A stretch of 64,000 bases of DNA from Azolla caroliniana (GCA_043228905.1 JBHGNT010000014.1:6262001-6326000); one strand, 5' to 3'. Positions 34,165-48,100 are shown, numbered from the stretch's first letter. Translations and numbers: made by a program. Notes: generated by a model from the sequence alone, not told the origin.

Positions 34165-37100
34165 TGTTGAGAATCAAGCTCAACTTGGTCTAGTGTGTGA
34201 ACTCACCTTGAGAGTGAATAGACAATCCAACGGTCAAGAGTCACCATTAAGTCACCTCTTTGTATTCTAGCATTTAGTATGAGTCATAGAATCATATTCT
34301 ATGACACATCACTTATGAGCTTTCACATTCCCCATGCTCCATGAGCCTTGTAATTAATGAAGAGAGAGGGTGACTATATAAAGCACCCTCCTCCCACCTT
34401 GTATTTTGTTGAGTCTTTCTCCTTTGTTAATATACTTTACCTTGCGTATTCTCTGTGTCTCACTCTCTCTCTCTCTCATACACACATAGTTCACACCTAT
34501 TCCGCTACACAAGAATCATACACGATTCTTTACATGGTATCAGAGCGATTTGGTAGCTCGATCTAGCCCATTCACCTCATCGTGATCATGTATTGTGCTC
34601 CACGCCGACGACCAAGAACCAGCTCATCGCTATCGTAGCTTCGCTACATAGCTCGCATTTGAAGAGAGAAGAAGAAGAAGAAGAAGAATCGACATAATGA
34701 ATACTCAAATGGGGAGCGCTCTCCCTACCAAGAAGTTGGATCGAAACAACTTCGCATCTTGGGAGTACAAGATGCACCAATACCTTGTCGGACAAGGCTA
34801 TTGGAGCTACATCAAAGGAGCGCACGAAGACCGACCCGTTGAAGCGGCTCCCGGATACGCAACATGGGAGCAAGCCGCAAGTCGAGTAATGTATTGCTTG
34901 GCGACATGTGTTCACGACCACATGCTTGGTTACATTCGAGAAGCCGAGACGCCAAAGGAAGCGTGGGAAAATCTACAAATGATTTTTGCCGCCAACACGA
35001 CCACGAGGAAGCTTCAACTCCGTCAAGAGTTGAACAACATCCAACAACGGAACATGTCTATCACGACATACACCTTGAAGATCAAGGAGCTTTGCGACTC
35101 ACTCGGCTCGATAAGCGTAAATATCGATGATTACGAGATGGTGCAAATATGCCTTGGTAGCCTCGCACCACGGTTCGGCGCGATGCGAACCGCCATTCTA
35201 GCACGGGAGAAATCTCCTTCCTTCTTCGAGCTTCAATATATGCTATTGGTCGAAGAAAACCACGTGCATACAAGGAGCAATGAGTCGGATGACCACATAC
35301 ACGCACTCGAATGGAGGAAGAGGACGCGGACGAGTGAGAGGTCGATTCTGCCAAGGACAAGGCGGACCAGGGCCGACCTACGACAACAACTCCCAATTTC
35401 GGCTGCAAAACGGATGCCAACGAGGAACCTTCACAAGAAGGGGGAGCTTCCACTCTGGCCTGAGCCGTCAAAACGCAACAGAATGTGGATATTGTGGAAA
35501 GCTTGGCCACCACGAAGAAGAGTGCCGAAAGACGACAACTCACGAATTACGGGCACAATTCCGACTACAAAGAGTATAGCGGAATGTACGGGCACAACTC
35601 CGACTACGAAGATTGTGGCAGAATGTACGCACACAACTCCGACCGTGGCGGAATGTTCATGATGAAACATAGAGCAAACTCTATGTCGGCCTCTACCTCA
35701 ACTAGTGCTCTCAATCCGGAGGACGTATGGTTTGTTGACTCCGGAGTCTCAAACCATATGACATCTCATAAAGAATCGTTTCTCGAACTTTGAGAGCCGG
35801 TGCGAACCGGTTATGTCGAAACCAAAGATTACACTACGCACCCGATTCGACACATCGGCAATGTTCCGTTCGGCGAAAGAGGTAAGCAAACATACATTAA
35901 AAATGTCTTGCATGTTCCTACCATCACAAAGAATTTGGTCTCAGTCGGCGAAATAGTTGAGCAAGGGATGCAAGTACGATTCGACCACGAAGGGTGCTTC
36001 ATCGAAAAAGAGGGCCGAATCATCGTGCGCGGAAGAAGAGAGGGCTGGATGTTCATTCTCGATTCACACGAGACGAAATCCGCCATGTTCGCAAAAAGCA
36101 CAAAAACCGACTCCGACATAGAGCTATGGCACAAGCGAATCGGCCACATTAATCTCAACAAACTTAAAGCGATGAAATCGAAAGGAGTCGCCATCGGACT
36201 CCCGACATTCAAAGAGAAGGAGATTGAAGGTGTATGCGAACCGTGCCAATTCGGCAAGCAACACCGACACCCATTCCCAAAAGAGCGAAACGTGAGCAAA
36301 GGTCAACTCGACGTAGTTCATTCCGACATATGGGGACCGGCGTAGATGGCTACATTCGGTGGATGCCGATATTACATGCTCTTCATCGACGACTTCTCCA
36401 GGCACACTTGGATCTACCCAATGCGGCAATCTCAAACTAGATGTGAAGTCCGGCACCAAAGCCTGTGAACCGACTCAGTATCGGCAACTCATCGGCAATC
36501 TCATCTACCTCACGATCACTCGTCCTGATCTCAATTATCCGGTCGGTCTCCTTAGTCAATTCATGCAAACACCGTGTGATACTCACTTGGATTGCGCTAA
36601 GCGAGTTCTAACGTACGTGAGCAGCACAATGGATTACGACATCCTCTCCAAGACCGCGATGCCAATACGATTCGAGGGGTACACCGACGCCGATTAGGCC
36701 GGCTACAAAGCCGATAGAAGATCAACCTCCGGATTTGTTTTCTCCCTCGGCAGCGGAGCAATATCCTAGAGTAGCAAGAAGCAGCCTACCGTCGCTCTTT
36801 CGAGTACGGAAGCGGAATACAAGGGCACGACAGTGGCCGCATGTGAAGCCGTATGGCTCAAGAGGATTTTGAAGGATCTGGGTGTTCCCATCAAGGATCC
36901 GACTCCCCTTTATTGCGACAACATGAGCAGTATCTATCTGGTTTGGAACCCGGTGTTCCACGCACAGACAAAGCACATCGAAGTGCACTATCACTTCATC
37001 CGAGAGCGCATTCTAGCTGGCGATGTCGACCTACAACATATTAGCACCAATCTTCAAACGGCCGACATCTTCACTAAACCCTTAGGAGCCGACAAGCTAT

Positions 37101-37813
37101 GGTAATTCATGACCGATCTCGGATTGACGATCCCTAACCTGCCAAGCTTGAGGGGGAGTACTGAAGACACTACGCAATAACGCATAGATTCTGCAACTGA
37201 GCACTACGCAATAACGCACGCAACGAAGCCACGAAGAGCCAATCTACCGCGCAAAGCCGCGAAGAAAGACGCAAGCCGAAGCACAGACTTCGCAACAACG
37301 CACAACGCAAGCTGGAGCACGGATTCTGCAACTCCGCATAAAACGAGTCAACGTGAGTCAACGCGGACTCGGCAACGCGAGTCGAAGCGGATTTCGGATA
37401 CCATCTGAAACTGACCCGACTTGAGCTTGAGGGGGCGTGTTGAGAATCAAGCTCAACTTGGTTTAGTGTGTGAACTCACCTTGAGAGTGAATAGACACTC
37501 CAACGGTCAAGAGTCACCATTAAGTCACCTCTTTGTATTCTAGCATTTAGTATGAGTCATAGAATCATATTCTATGACACATCACTTATGAGCTTTCACA
37601 TTCCCCATGCTCCATGAGCCTTGTAGTTAATGAAGAGAGAGGGTGACTATATAAAGCACCCTCCTCCCACCTTGTATTGTGTTGAGTCTTTCTCCTTTGT
37701 TAATATACTTTACCTTGCGTATTCTCTGTGTCTCACTCACTCAATCTCTCTCTCTCATACACACACAGCTCACACTTATTCCGCTACACAAGAATCATAC
37801 ACGATTCTTTACA
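34165..37813 (+). mobile_element. Ty1/copia family B element B2 inserted in the 3' LTR of F; internally deleted (IN core and most of RT missing)
   Basis: LTRs 34165-34534 and 37438-37813, perfect TSD AAGAG, PBS TGGTATCAGAGC at 34535, PPT TTGAGGGGGCG; gag from 34697, PR WFVDSG, IN start joined to RT tail at ~36430. Confidence 0.94.
34697..37180 (+). pseudogene. pol: Disrupted, internally deleted gag-pol of B2
   Basis: MGSALPTKKLDRNNFASWEYKM gag, CGYCGKLGH knuckle, LWHKRIGH..CEPC, YLTITRPD, YCDN..KHIEVHYHF. Confidence 0.9.
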
Positions 37814-38260
37814 AAGAGCTAGAAGCTTCCTCTCCTCTTTCTTGTAACCTTTAAGCTTAAGAGAGATTAGTGAAGTGTTTAGTTAGATAACACTAATCTC
37901 TCTTCCTTGTTGATGCTAGACCTCTTAGCAAAGAGGGTTAACAAATATATTCATTAATCTTGTTGTCTACATTCATTACCCCATTGTTTATGAGAGCGAG
38001 CTTGAGAGAGTGAGAGAGAGATTGTGCCTAATCATCTTTTAGTTGTTAAGTGAGTGTGAGGCTCGGAGGTGCCCGACAACCATCTTCACCTGATTCGCCA
38101 TCAAAAGGGTATACACCGGTCCGAATCCCGCCACGACATCGAGGAGCTTACTCCATCAATACATAGATCTTTCACAGCATCCATCTTGTAGAAGTTGTCA
38201 CCGTCTTTTCTCAAGTTCCGAGGCGGTACGAACCCCGGTATACATCCAGAATCAGATCAG

Positions 38261-41200
38261 AGAAAAAGTGTCGTCCCATGAGCAGTATTTCGGAAGGAAG
38301 CCGAATCTACGACACTTGAGATTTTTCGGTAGCATTGTGTATGTGCATATACCGAAGGAGAAAAGGAGGAAGTTGGACGCGAAAGCCGAAAAGTGTATCT
38401 TGGTCGGTTACTCGAACGAGCAGAAGGGTTATAAGTGTTATAACCCTCGCACCAAACAAGTGCACGTGAGCCGCGACGTTGTGTTTGACGAGTCCGCGTC
38501 CTGGTACTTGCCTTCGACTCCGAACCTCACCTCCAATCCGAGTTCTGATGATGAGGTTTCAGTGAGGCCGAGGTGCCTCCGGATGAGCCTGAAATCGGGA
38601 CCCACGAAGAGAGTCTGATTTCATTTTCGTTAAGTGGACCGAATGGACGACTGAGTTGGTTCGACCAATCCGATGAAGAGCCGGCGAGTAGTGGAGACTC
38701 AGCTATGCATTCCCCGCACAGGAAGCCAAGGAGACGTCTTACATGCAAAGAAAAAGGGAAGAAGAAGGTGTCGGATTACGGCACGGATAGGAACAAGTCG
38801 GATCGACGCGAGTCTGTCTCCGAGGGAAGTGACGACGGGTCTTCGAGACTGAAGTCCGCGTCGACCAAGAAAACCTCAACATCGGCTAATGAGCAATTAC
38901 GCTGATCAACCCGCCAAAGGAACCCTGTTGTGTGGTTCGGTTATAATGAGTACATGGCGCACCATTACACGTACATGACGCGAGTGGCGGAAGTACGTGA
39001 GCCGGAGAGCTACGCAGAAGCGGCGAAGGACGCGAATTAGCAAAGCGTGTGAGCCAACTCAGTATCAGCAACTCATCGGGAGTCTCATCTACCTCACCAT
39101 CACTCGACCCGATCTCCGTTATCTAGTCGATCTCCTTAGTCAATTCATGCAAACACCGCGTGATACTCACTTGGATTGTGCTAAGTGAGTTCTACAATAT
39201 ATGAGCGGCACAATGGATTGTGGCATCTTCTACAAGACCGCGATGCCAATACGACTCGAGGGGTACACAAACGCCGATTGGGCCGGCTACAAAGCCGATA
39301 GAAGATCAACCTCCGGATTTGTTTTTCCCTCGGCAGCAGAAATGGTCAAGATTTATCACGTCCGTAAGCTAGAGCAGCAAAAAGCAACCAACCGTCACTC
39401 TTTCGAGCACAGAGGCGGAATACAGGGGCATGGCAGTGGCCGCATGTGAAGTCGTATGGCTCAAAAGGATACTCAAGGATCTGGGTGTTGTCGCGTTGTT
39501 ACGCGCGTGCGTGGAGAACGAGGCAAGACCACGGGGGCCTTGGACCGAGAAATAATCGAATGAGAAGAGGGGAAGGAAACTACCGATGTACTTAACACGC
39601 GCACAAACACACACATTCACAGGAGTTGGAATTAACTCTTGACAATGGAGACAGAACAAATGTATATGTATATAAATATCAAGGAGTTACAGCCAGCAAG
39701 CCGGCGAGCGACAGGCTCCGACGCCTACGCACACACACACAAAACGCGAGATGGAGACTCTGCCGGAAGCACTCGGGCGTTCCACGGAGCAGAGTCAGCC
39801 TCCCGAAACCTACACAGAATGACTATGGAGAAGACAGAGGAGAAGAGCCCAGTTCCAATTCCGGCAGCACTTCATCCTCCATAAAATGCGATATCTACGA
39901 CAATACCTCTCCCCCTCTTTTATAGCCTAGGAGGGAGGATGTTACCACCCATTATATCATGTTTATTCCCCGTCCTTTCGGACAAGGATACGCCTCAATT
40001 TTCTCCCTAATGAATGCGTGCTACTTAGGATTTCACCTCGGCTGACTTGTACCTACCTACGTACTATACAACAAAACTTGTGCCCACGTGTAGGGGCCGG
40101 TTTACACACGTTATACCCGGTTTCCGCCTAGGGACGGTTTTCTCCACGACATCCGCCCCCACCTAACCGCGCATCCACCGGTATGCGCCAAAATTAGACT
40201 CTTGCCGAAGAAGACCCGCCCACGCTTCTCCTTCGTCTTTCAGATTGACATCCGTTCCGAGCCAGTCGTTGTCGCTATCCAGGTCGTCCGGGTTCGGTAC
40301 AGCCTCGTGCTGCTTTTTGAATGCCTTGATCCTTTTCCCCGCCACCGGTACCGCCATCCTTGTCCCGTCGAGCTCCGCGAGATGGTAGGTCCCATTGTCG
40401 TTGGTGCTTGTCACCATATAAGACCTGAACCACCTTCTTGCAAACTTCCACATTGCCCTGTGCTGGTTGTCGAGGTTGCTGTCATACACTAGAACCCAGT
40501 CGCCTTCCTCGATCTTCTTCAGTCTCAGTCGGTGAGTCCGGTTGAACCGTCCTTTGTTCTTTACCCTCGCCACCTGTAGCTTCTCTGCGGCTCGGTCCAC
40601 GTCCTCCGGTCTTCGCTCCAGCTGCCGAATCCGTGTCGTTAACAGGTCCTCCTGGCTCATCTGGTCTTTCCAGTCCACCGTGGCCCATGAGGAGATTTTC
40701 TGCTCCGTTGGCATGATCGGCTTTCGGGCGTGGCCAACTGCGTCACACCACAAGCACCGGTTCCTAGCCGAAGGCCTTCAATCAAAGATTTGTTCGTCGC
40801 CGTCCCTCCGTGCTTGTGCATTTTGGAGGTCCCTCACCATCTGAGTCAGCTCCTCCAGAGCCGCTCCTCCGGACGAGCCTTTGACCATGCCGGTCGAAGT
40901 TGAGCCAGTCTCAAGCCAGTCTCGGGTCTCTTCCCTTTGCGTCGATGGGGGTACCCCGACCTTCCTTGTCACAACAGAACCCGCCCCCGTCAAGCCTTTA
41001 TCGACCCACTCACGTTGTTTGTCAAAACGGCCACAGACTCTCTTTACCACAACCCAGTCGGTTGTTAGGCCTTCATCGGTCTCCAGCAGGAAGCCCACTT
41101 CCTCCCAGTCCCTTGCGTCCACCGATTTAACGAACAATAGGACATGACTTGTGTCCAGTACGGTCCGGTCCAGCGCCGAAAGTCGTGCAAAGCGTTCTTC

Positions 41201-43202
41201 AAAATCCCGAAGGAGCACTGACGCGTTTCTCCCCTTTTTAGGGGTCTCCACCCATTCCATGAAGTCCCACTTCGACAGTCGAAGCGTGTCATCAAGCCCG
41301 TATTTTTCAAGGAGACGACTTTCAAACTCTTCCCAGGTCCGACTCTCAACCCGTACCTCAAGCACCTACGTGTGGATGCCCGGCATCGCCACCCGAGGGA
41401 ATCCGGCCAGTCGCCTGTCCTCCGGGATGTCCCTCATCACCATTTCGGCTCGGTAAGCCTCCAAATAGCTCGTGGCGTCCTTCCCACCGAACCGGCCTAT
41501 CATGTCGACGACTGCTTCAATAGCCCTATTGAGGGCGCCTGTGCCTTCGTGCACACTCACTATGCAATCCACATCCGAAGCCATGGCTTCTGCAAGATCC
41601 GACCTTCTCATCTTTCTATTCCTCTGCCGCCTGCTTCACGTCAAGTTCACCAAATATGTCGCGTTGTTACGCGCGTGCATGGAGAACGAGGCGGGACGAC
41701 GGGGGCCTTGGACCGAGAAATAACCGAATGAGAAGAGGGGAAGGAAACTACCGATGTACTTCACACGCGCACAAACACACACATTCATAGGAGTTGCAAC
41801 TAACTCTCGACAATGGAGACAGGTCAAATGTATATGTACATAAATATCAAGGAGTTACAGCGGGTGAATGACAGGCTCCGACGCCTACGCACACACACAC
41901 ACACACAGAATGCGAGATGGAGACTCTGCCGGAAGCACTCGAGCGTTCCGCGGAGCAGAGTCAGCCTCCCGAAACCTGCATAGAATGACTATGGAGAAGA
42001 CAGAGGAGAAGAGCTCGGTTCCAGTCCGGCAGCACTTCGTCCTCCACAAAACGCGATATCTACCACAATACCTCTCCCCCTCTTTTATAGCCCAGGAGGG
42101 AGGCCATTACCACCCGTTATATCATGTTTATTCCCCATCCTTTCGGACAGGGATACGCCTCGATTTTCTACCTAATGAATGTGTGCTACTTAGGATTTCA
42201 CCTCAGTCGACTTGTACCTACCTACGTACTATACAACAAAACTTGTGCCCACGTGTAAGGGCCAGTTTACGCACATTATACCCGGTTTCTGCCTAGGGAC
42301 GGTTTTCTCCACGACAGTGTACCCATCAAGGATCCGACTTCCCTTTACTGCGACAACATGAGCAATATCTATCTGGCTTGGAACCCGGTGTTCCATGCTC
42401 GGACAAAGCACATTGAAGTGCACTATCACTTCATCCAAGAGCGTGTTCTAGCTGGCGATGTCGACCTACAACATATTAGCACCAATCTTCAAACGGTCGA
42501 CATCTTCACTAAAGCCTTAGGAGCCGACAAGCTATGGCAATTCATGACCGATCTCGGATTGACGATCCATGACCTGCCAAGATTGAGGGGGAGTACTGAA
42601 GACACTACGCAATAACACGTGGATTCCGCAACCGCGCAACAAAGCCGTGAAGAAAGACGCAAGCCGAAGCACAAACTTCGCAACTACGCACAACGCAAGC
42701 TGGAGCACGGATTCTGCAACTCCGCATAAACATGAGTCAACACGGACTCTGGAATGCGAGTCGAAGTAGATTTCGGATACCGTCTGAAACCCCGACTTGA
42801 GCTTGAGGGGGCGTGTTGAGAATCAAGCTCAATTTGGTCTAGTGTGTGAACTCACCTTGAGAGTGAATAGACACTCCAATGGTCAAGAGTCACCATTATG
42901 TCACCACTTTGTATTCTAGCATTTAATATGAGTCATAGAATCATATTCTATGACACATAACTTATGAGCTTTCATATTCCCCATGCTCCATGAGTCTTGT
43001 AGTTAATGAAGAGAGAGGGTGACTATATAAAGCACCCTCCTCCCACCTTGTATAATGTCGTGTCTTTCTCCTTTGTTAATATACTTTACCTTGTGTATTC
43101 TCTGTGTCTTACTCCTTGTCTCTGTCACTCTCTCTCTCTCTCATACACACACACAGTTCATATCTATTCCGCTGCACAGAATCCATCTCTTGATTCTTTA
43201 CA
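38261..43202 (+). mobile_element. Ty1/copia family B element B3, 5'-truncated and RT-deleted; hosts H
   Basis: IN C-terminus (LRFFGSIVYVHIPKEKRRKLD) at 38268, RNase H at 39040-39488 and 42321-42600, PPT, 3' LTR 42814-43202 homologous to B2 LTRs. Confidence 0.88.
39489..42316 (-). mobile_element. Ty3/gypsy element H (G-related), non-autonomous: gag fused to the IN C-terminus
   Basis: LTRs 39489-40151 and 41657-42316, perfect 4-bp TSD GTGT, Trp PBS 41635-41652, PPT at 40152; ORF 40163-40753 joins WCDAVGHAR to KPIMP..RWF. Confidence 0.93.
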
Positions 43203-44478
43203 AAACAAAAGTGTCACCTTGTACCGCCAACCGTTTCTGCTCGCTCGATTTAACTCTTCCAGAGACAGTCCGGTGCTAATGAAGTGATGCATATTCGTGA
43301 GCCATTTGTCCTCCTCGGCGACCGTCCCGTCCACCATGTTTTCCACTGTCACCCTAAACAACTATGTGTCCGATAGTTCGTCTTGGACTCCGCCGCCTGC
43401 CTCTCCGGATTCTAACCAGCTCAAGTAATCCGCTACTACATGTTGTACTCCCGATCTATGATAGATTTCAAATTCGAACTCCTGTAGAAGCAGCGTCCAT
43501 CGTGCTAGTTTGCCGGTTAACGATGATTTGGAGACCAAGTATAGCAATGCCGAATGATCCACATGGAATGCGAATTTCCACCCTAGCAAGTAATGACGGT
43601 ACTTCGTTACATTGTATACCATTCCCAAGGCTTCCCTTTCCATTGTCGAATAATTCCGTTCTGCTTGGGAGAGCTTCCAGTTGGCGTAGTAAACTAGCCT
43701 ATACCACTTCGGTTCGGTGAGCTATATAAGAACACTACGAATCGCAATATCAGATGCGTCCACAAACACATGAAATTTCTTCGACCAATTTGGGGGTTGT
43801 ACCACCGGTGCCTGGGACAACATTACTTTGAGCGCATGGTATGCCCTATTGTCCAGTTCCATCCATTGCAAGGGTGTTTGGTGTACGACTGCATGTAGTG
43901 GTGTCGCAAGGTCGGCCAAATATCAGAGCATCCGGCTATGCCACCAGAGTTGTCCTAAAAACCAGCTTAAAGCTTTGGCAGTCATCGGTGTAGGTGCTTC
44001 CAAAATGGCTTTAACTTTATCCTGGTCCACCGCAATGCTGTCCTTACTAATGATATGACCTAGTGTCAGGATTAGTACTAAGACAAAGAAGGAATTAGTA
44101 CTAAAAGATGAGGATTGGTACTAAGAGCGGTGTAGAACTCTCGAGAGAAGGAAAGAGTGAGTGAGAGAGAGAGAGAGAGAGAAAGGGTGAGAGAATGATG
44201 ATAAAATATATATATTATGTGAAGAGAGTATACAATAGTAGCTAGGAGGCTTAAGACTTGCGTTGAACCGATTTGGTTCAAAATAATGTCTTGTGCCTCC
44301 TTTTATAGTATTCTCAGGAATACTCTTGAAATTTCTAGAATGTTCCAGAGAAATCTGGAATATACATCAATTTTCCATAATAAAACTTAAATGAAAATAA
44401 TATGTATTACAATAGATGGTATAATGGTCAAGACCTCAACCTATGTAACCTAAGGTCATGGTTTCGAGTCTTGCCATA

Positions 44479-44805
44479 TCATGACACTATCCCCCCTTTA
44501 AAACAACGAGTGTCACGAGTCGTTTTGGATTGAGGACCCGGTTTGTCTGGATATTGACGATGGAAGTCTTCAAGAAGAGCATAAGCATTGGTCACATTCT
44601 CTATCAGTTCCCAAGTACGCTCGTTGGGACTATATCCTAGCCAATCGACTAGATAGTAGAGCTTGTTGCGAACAATCTTGGAATTGAGGATGACAACAAC
44701 CTCGTACTCAGGTCCATCTTCAAGTTTGATCGGGAGTGGAGGTTGTGTAATACGTCCTGGGATGGTGCAGTCTTGATAGGGTTCGAGGAGAGAACTATGA
44801 AACAC
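44479..44805 (-). pseudogene. Integrase C-terminal chromodomain of element I
   Basis: VFHSSLLEPY..PEYEVVVILNSKIVRNKLYYLVDWLGYSPNERTWE; aromatic-cage residues present. Confidence 0.9.
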
Positions 44806-45112
44806 TGGATGTATCCGAAGTTGCAGAGGTAGATCGAGACGAAAAGAGACATCATTAATCTTTCTGATAATACGGAAAGGACCTAATCGCCGATAATCCT
44901 TCTCACATGGGCGAGTAGTCTTGATGTGTCGTCATTGTAGCCATACTCGATCTCCAATGTTAAAACTGGATGGAAGCCGATGACGATCCGCGTAAACCTT
45001 GTGTTTGTTGAGCTTGTTGGAGATGAGTAGATAAATCCGCTTGTATCTTGCGTAACCGCTCCAAACAATCCTCTGCACAAGGAAAACGATTTGTAGGTAA
45101 CTCTCGTGTTTC

Positions 45113-48100
45113 AAACATATTTACATATATGTCCCTTCATACGATGAGAGGTTCTCACCGGGTCTGCATCATCCGGTTCTCACCGTGTCTTCCTTGCCGG
45201 GTACTAGTCATCCGGTTCTCATCGGGTCTTCCATTGCTAGGTACTCATATCCCATCTGGAGGGACCTATATCCTAACAAACTCCCCCTTCACTTCAGCAT
45301 GGGATGCCTTGTCAATCCGATCCGCTTCCGGCATGCGTCCAGCTTGTCGGGTGTCAACACCTTGGTCAGCATGTCTAACCCATTCTCCTCTGTGTGGATC
45401 TTCGTCAGCACGAACTCTCGATCTTCTACTCGCTCCCGGATCTAGTGGTATCTCCGTTGGATGTGCTTCGTCCTGGAATGATACGTTGTGTTCATCGCAA
45501 GGTGAATGGCACTTTGACTGTTTCAATAGAGCCGGTATTCCTCTTGCCGAATCCCTAGCTCTTCGATGAAGCCCTTCATCCATAGTATTCCCTTGCTAGC
45601 TTCCACAGCTGCCATGTACTCCGCCTCCGTGGTTGACAACGTAACCGTCTTCTGCAGCCTCGACTACCACGAAATAGCTCCCCCTGCATATGTCATGACG
45701 TATCCGGATGTTGACTGGCTAGTATCTGCATCAGCCGACATATCCGAATCGTTGAAACCGTCAAGTTGGGGTTTATAGGAGCCTAATCGGAGACACATAC
45801 TTGAGGTGCCTTTCAAGTACTGGAGTATCCATTTTATCGCATTCCAGTGCTCCTTGCCGGGATTGCTCATGAACCGGCTCACCACTCTGGTTGCGTATCC
45901 GATATCCGGTCAGGTACACACCATTGCGTACATTAAGCTCCCGACGGTAGAGGCATATGGTATCTTCATCATATCCGCCTTCTCTGCCTTCGTTTTCGGG
46001 CTTTGCTTATCGGAAAGCTTGCAGTTTGCCGGAAGTGTCGATCTGACCGGTTTCGCATCTGACATGTTGAACCGTTAAAGCACCTTTGTCACGTACTTCT
46101 CTTGTGACAGCCACAATTGCTTCTTTGACCGGTCCCAGATGATATGCATCCCCAGTATTTGTCTTTCCGGACCCAAGTCTTTCATTGAGAAGGTCTGGTT
46201 CAGAGCCTTCTTCAACGTTTGTATCTTGACTTGGTCTCGTCCGACGATCAACATGTCTTCCATGTACATGAGGAGTATCAGGAAGTCTCCACCTTCAAAC
46301 TTCTTCACAAATACGCAGTGATTGGCCTGCGTCTTGTGGTACCCTTGATCGGTCATGAAGGAGTTGAACTTCCGGTACCATTAGCGGGGAGCCTGCTTCA
46401 AACTGTAGAGGCTCTTCTTCAACCGGCAAACTAGGTGCTCCTTCCCTTTCTTTACAAATCCCTCCGGTTGTTGCATGTAGATCTCCTCTTCGAGGTCGTC
46501 GTGGAGGAATGTCGTCTTCACGTCTAACTGCTCTACCTCGAGTTCCATGCTTGCCGCTATGCTCAGCACCGTCTGGATGGAAGTCATCTTTACTATCGGG
46601 GCAAATATCTCATCGAAGTCCACACCCTTCTTCTGTTGGAACCCCTTCACCACGATCCTTGCTTTGTATCTCGGGGGGTTGCCGGCATCTCCCAGTTTCA
46701 ACTTGTACACCCACTTATTTCGGAGTGCCCGCTTTCCTTTCGGCAACTCCACCAATTCGTACGTATGGTTCTCATGCAGGGAATCCATCTCGTCCTGCAT
46801 GGCACTCAACCACTTGCGGTTGTGGGTGTCCTCCTTTGCTTCTTCGAAGCTTTCCGGCTCCCCCTCATCGGTTAGCAACACGCGCTCTGCATCTGAAAAT
46901 CTCTAGGGGGCCCTTCTCTCTCTGAGAGGATATCTCTGTCTTTGGTTTTCGGCAACCGGCTTGTCTATTTGTTCTTCATCCGAATCCGATTCGGGGTCTT
47001 GGCCGGTACCGATTTCAGCTTCCTCTTCTTCTTCTTCTGCCGGTTCGTTATCCTCACCATAACCGGCAGGTTCTTCGAGTGTCAACCGGCTCTTAGCCGG
47101 GTAGGTTCGAATCTCATCTAACCGATCCTTACCGGTTGACACGGAGTTCATTATCTTCTTCTCCGACTCCCAGTCAGCAAGAGTATTGTCCTCCATGAAG
47201 ATAATATCTCGACTCCGGAAAACCTTCTTGTCATCCGGATCCCACACTCAGTAGCCGAACTCATCATCGCCATATCCGAGGAATATGCAAGGCCGGGACT
47301 TTAGATCCAACTTTGCTCTCTAGTCCTTTGCAACATCCACGTAAGCGAGACACCCAAAAACCTTCAGATGCTGGTAAGACACTTCCTTACTGGTCCACAC
47401 TCTCTGCGGCGTGTCTCCATCCAAGGGTACTGAGGGTGACCTGTTTATCACATATGTCGTTGTCAACAGCGCCTCAACCCAAAACGTCTTGGGTAACTTT
47501 GCATGTGCCAGCATACTCTAGACCCTCTCCATTATGGTCCGGTTCATCCTCTCGGCCAGCCCATTTAGTTCCGGCGTCTTCGGCAGGGTAAATTCGAGCC
47601 GGATTCCCTTCGAGCGGCAATACTCCTCAAACTACCCCTGGTATTCTCCTCCGTTATCTGCTCGAACCGCCTTCAGCTTCCGGCCAGTTTCTCTTTCCAC
47701 TCTTGCGTGGAGCTCCTTGAAGACGGATAACACTTGATCCTTCGTCTTCAGCGGTGTGGCCCATAGCTTCCAGCTATGGTCGTCTATGAACGTCACGAAG
47801 TACTGCGATCCGGCATGTGACTTCGTGTCCACTTGACACACATCAGTATGCACCAGCTCCAGTGCTGCATTATGTCTCATCGGTGGCCTTGAGCAGAAGG
47901 AGGTTCGGTTTTGCTTATCGGCCAAGCAGTCGGTGCACTTCTCAAGATGCACATCTTTCACCGGAATGAGGTTGACATCGACAAGCCTCTTCATCCCCTT
48001 CTCGCTCATGTGACATAGTCTCTTGTGCCATAGCTCACCGGCAGTGTCGGATGCAATGTTCACTTCTTCCCAGCATAACCGGGCATTCATTAGGTAAAGA

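Larger units (their letters stand above)
19253..38176 (+). mobile_element. Long Ty3/gypsy element F (non-chromovirus, Athila-like PBS) with extended pol and extra 3' ORFs; hosts G and B2
   Basis: 5' LTR 19253-19811; 3' LTR 33957-34164 plus 37819-38176; TSD ACATC/GCATC; degenerate tRNA-Asp PBS TGACACCGCTGCCAGGGAT at ~19818; PPT GGTTGGAGGGGA at ~33945. Confidence 0.92.
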
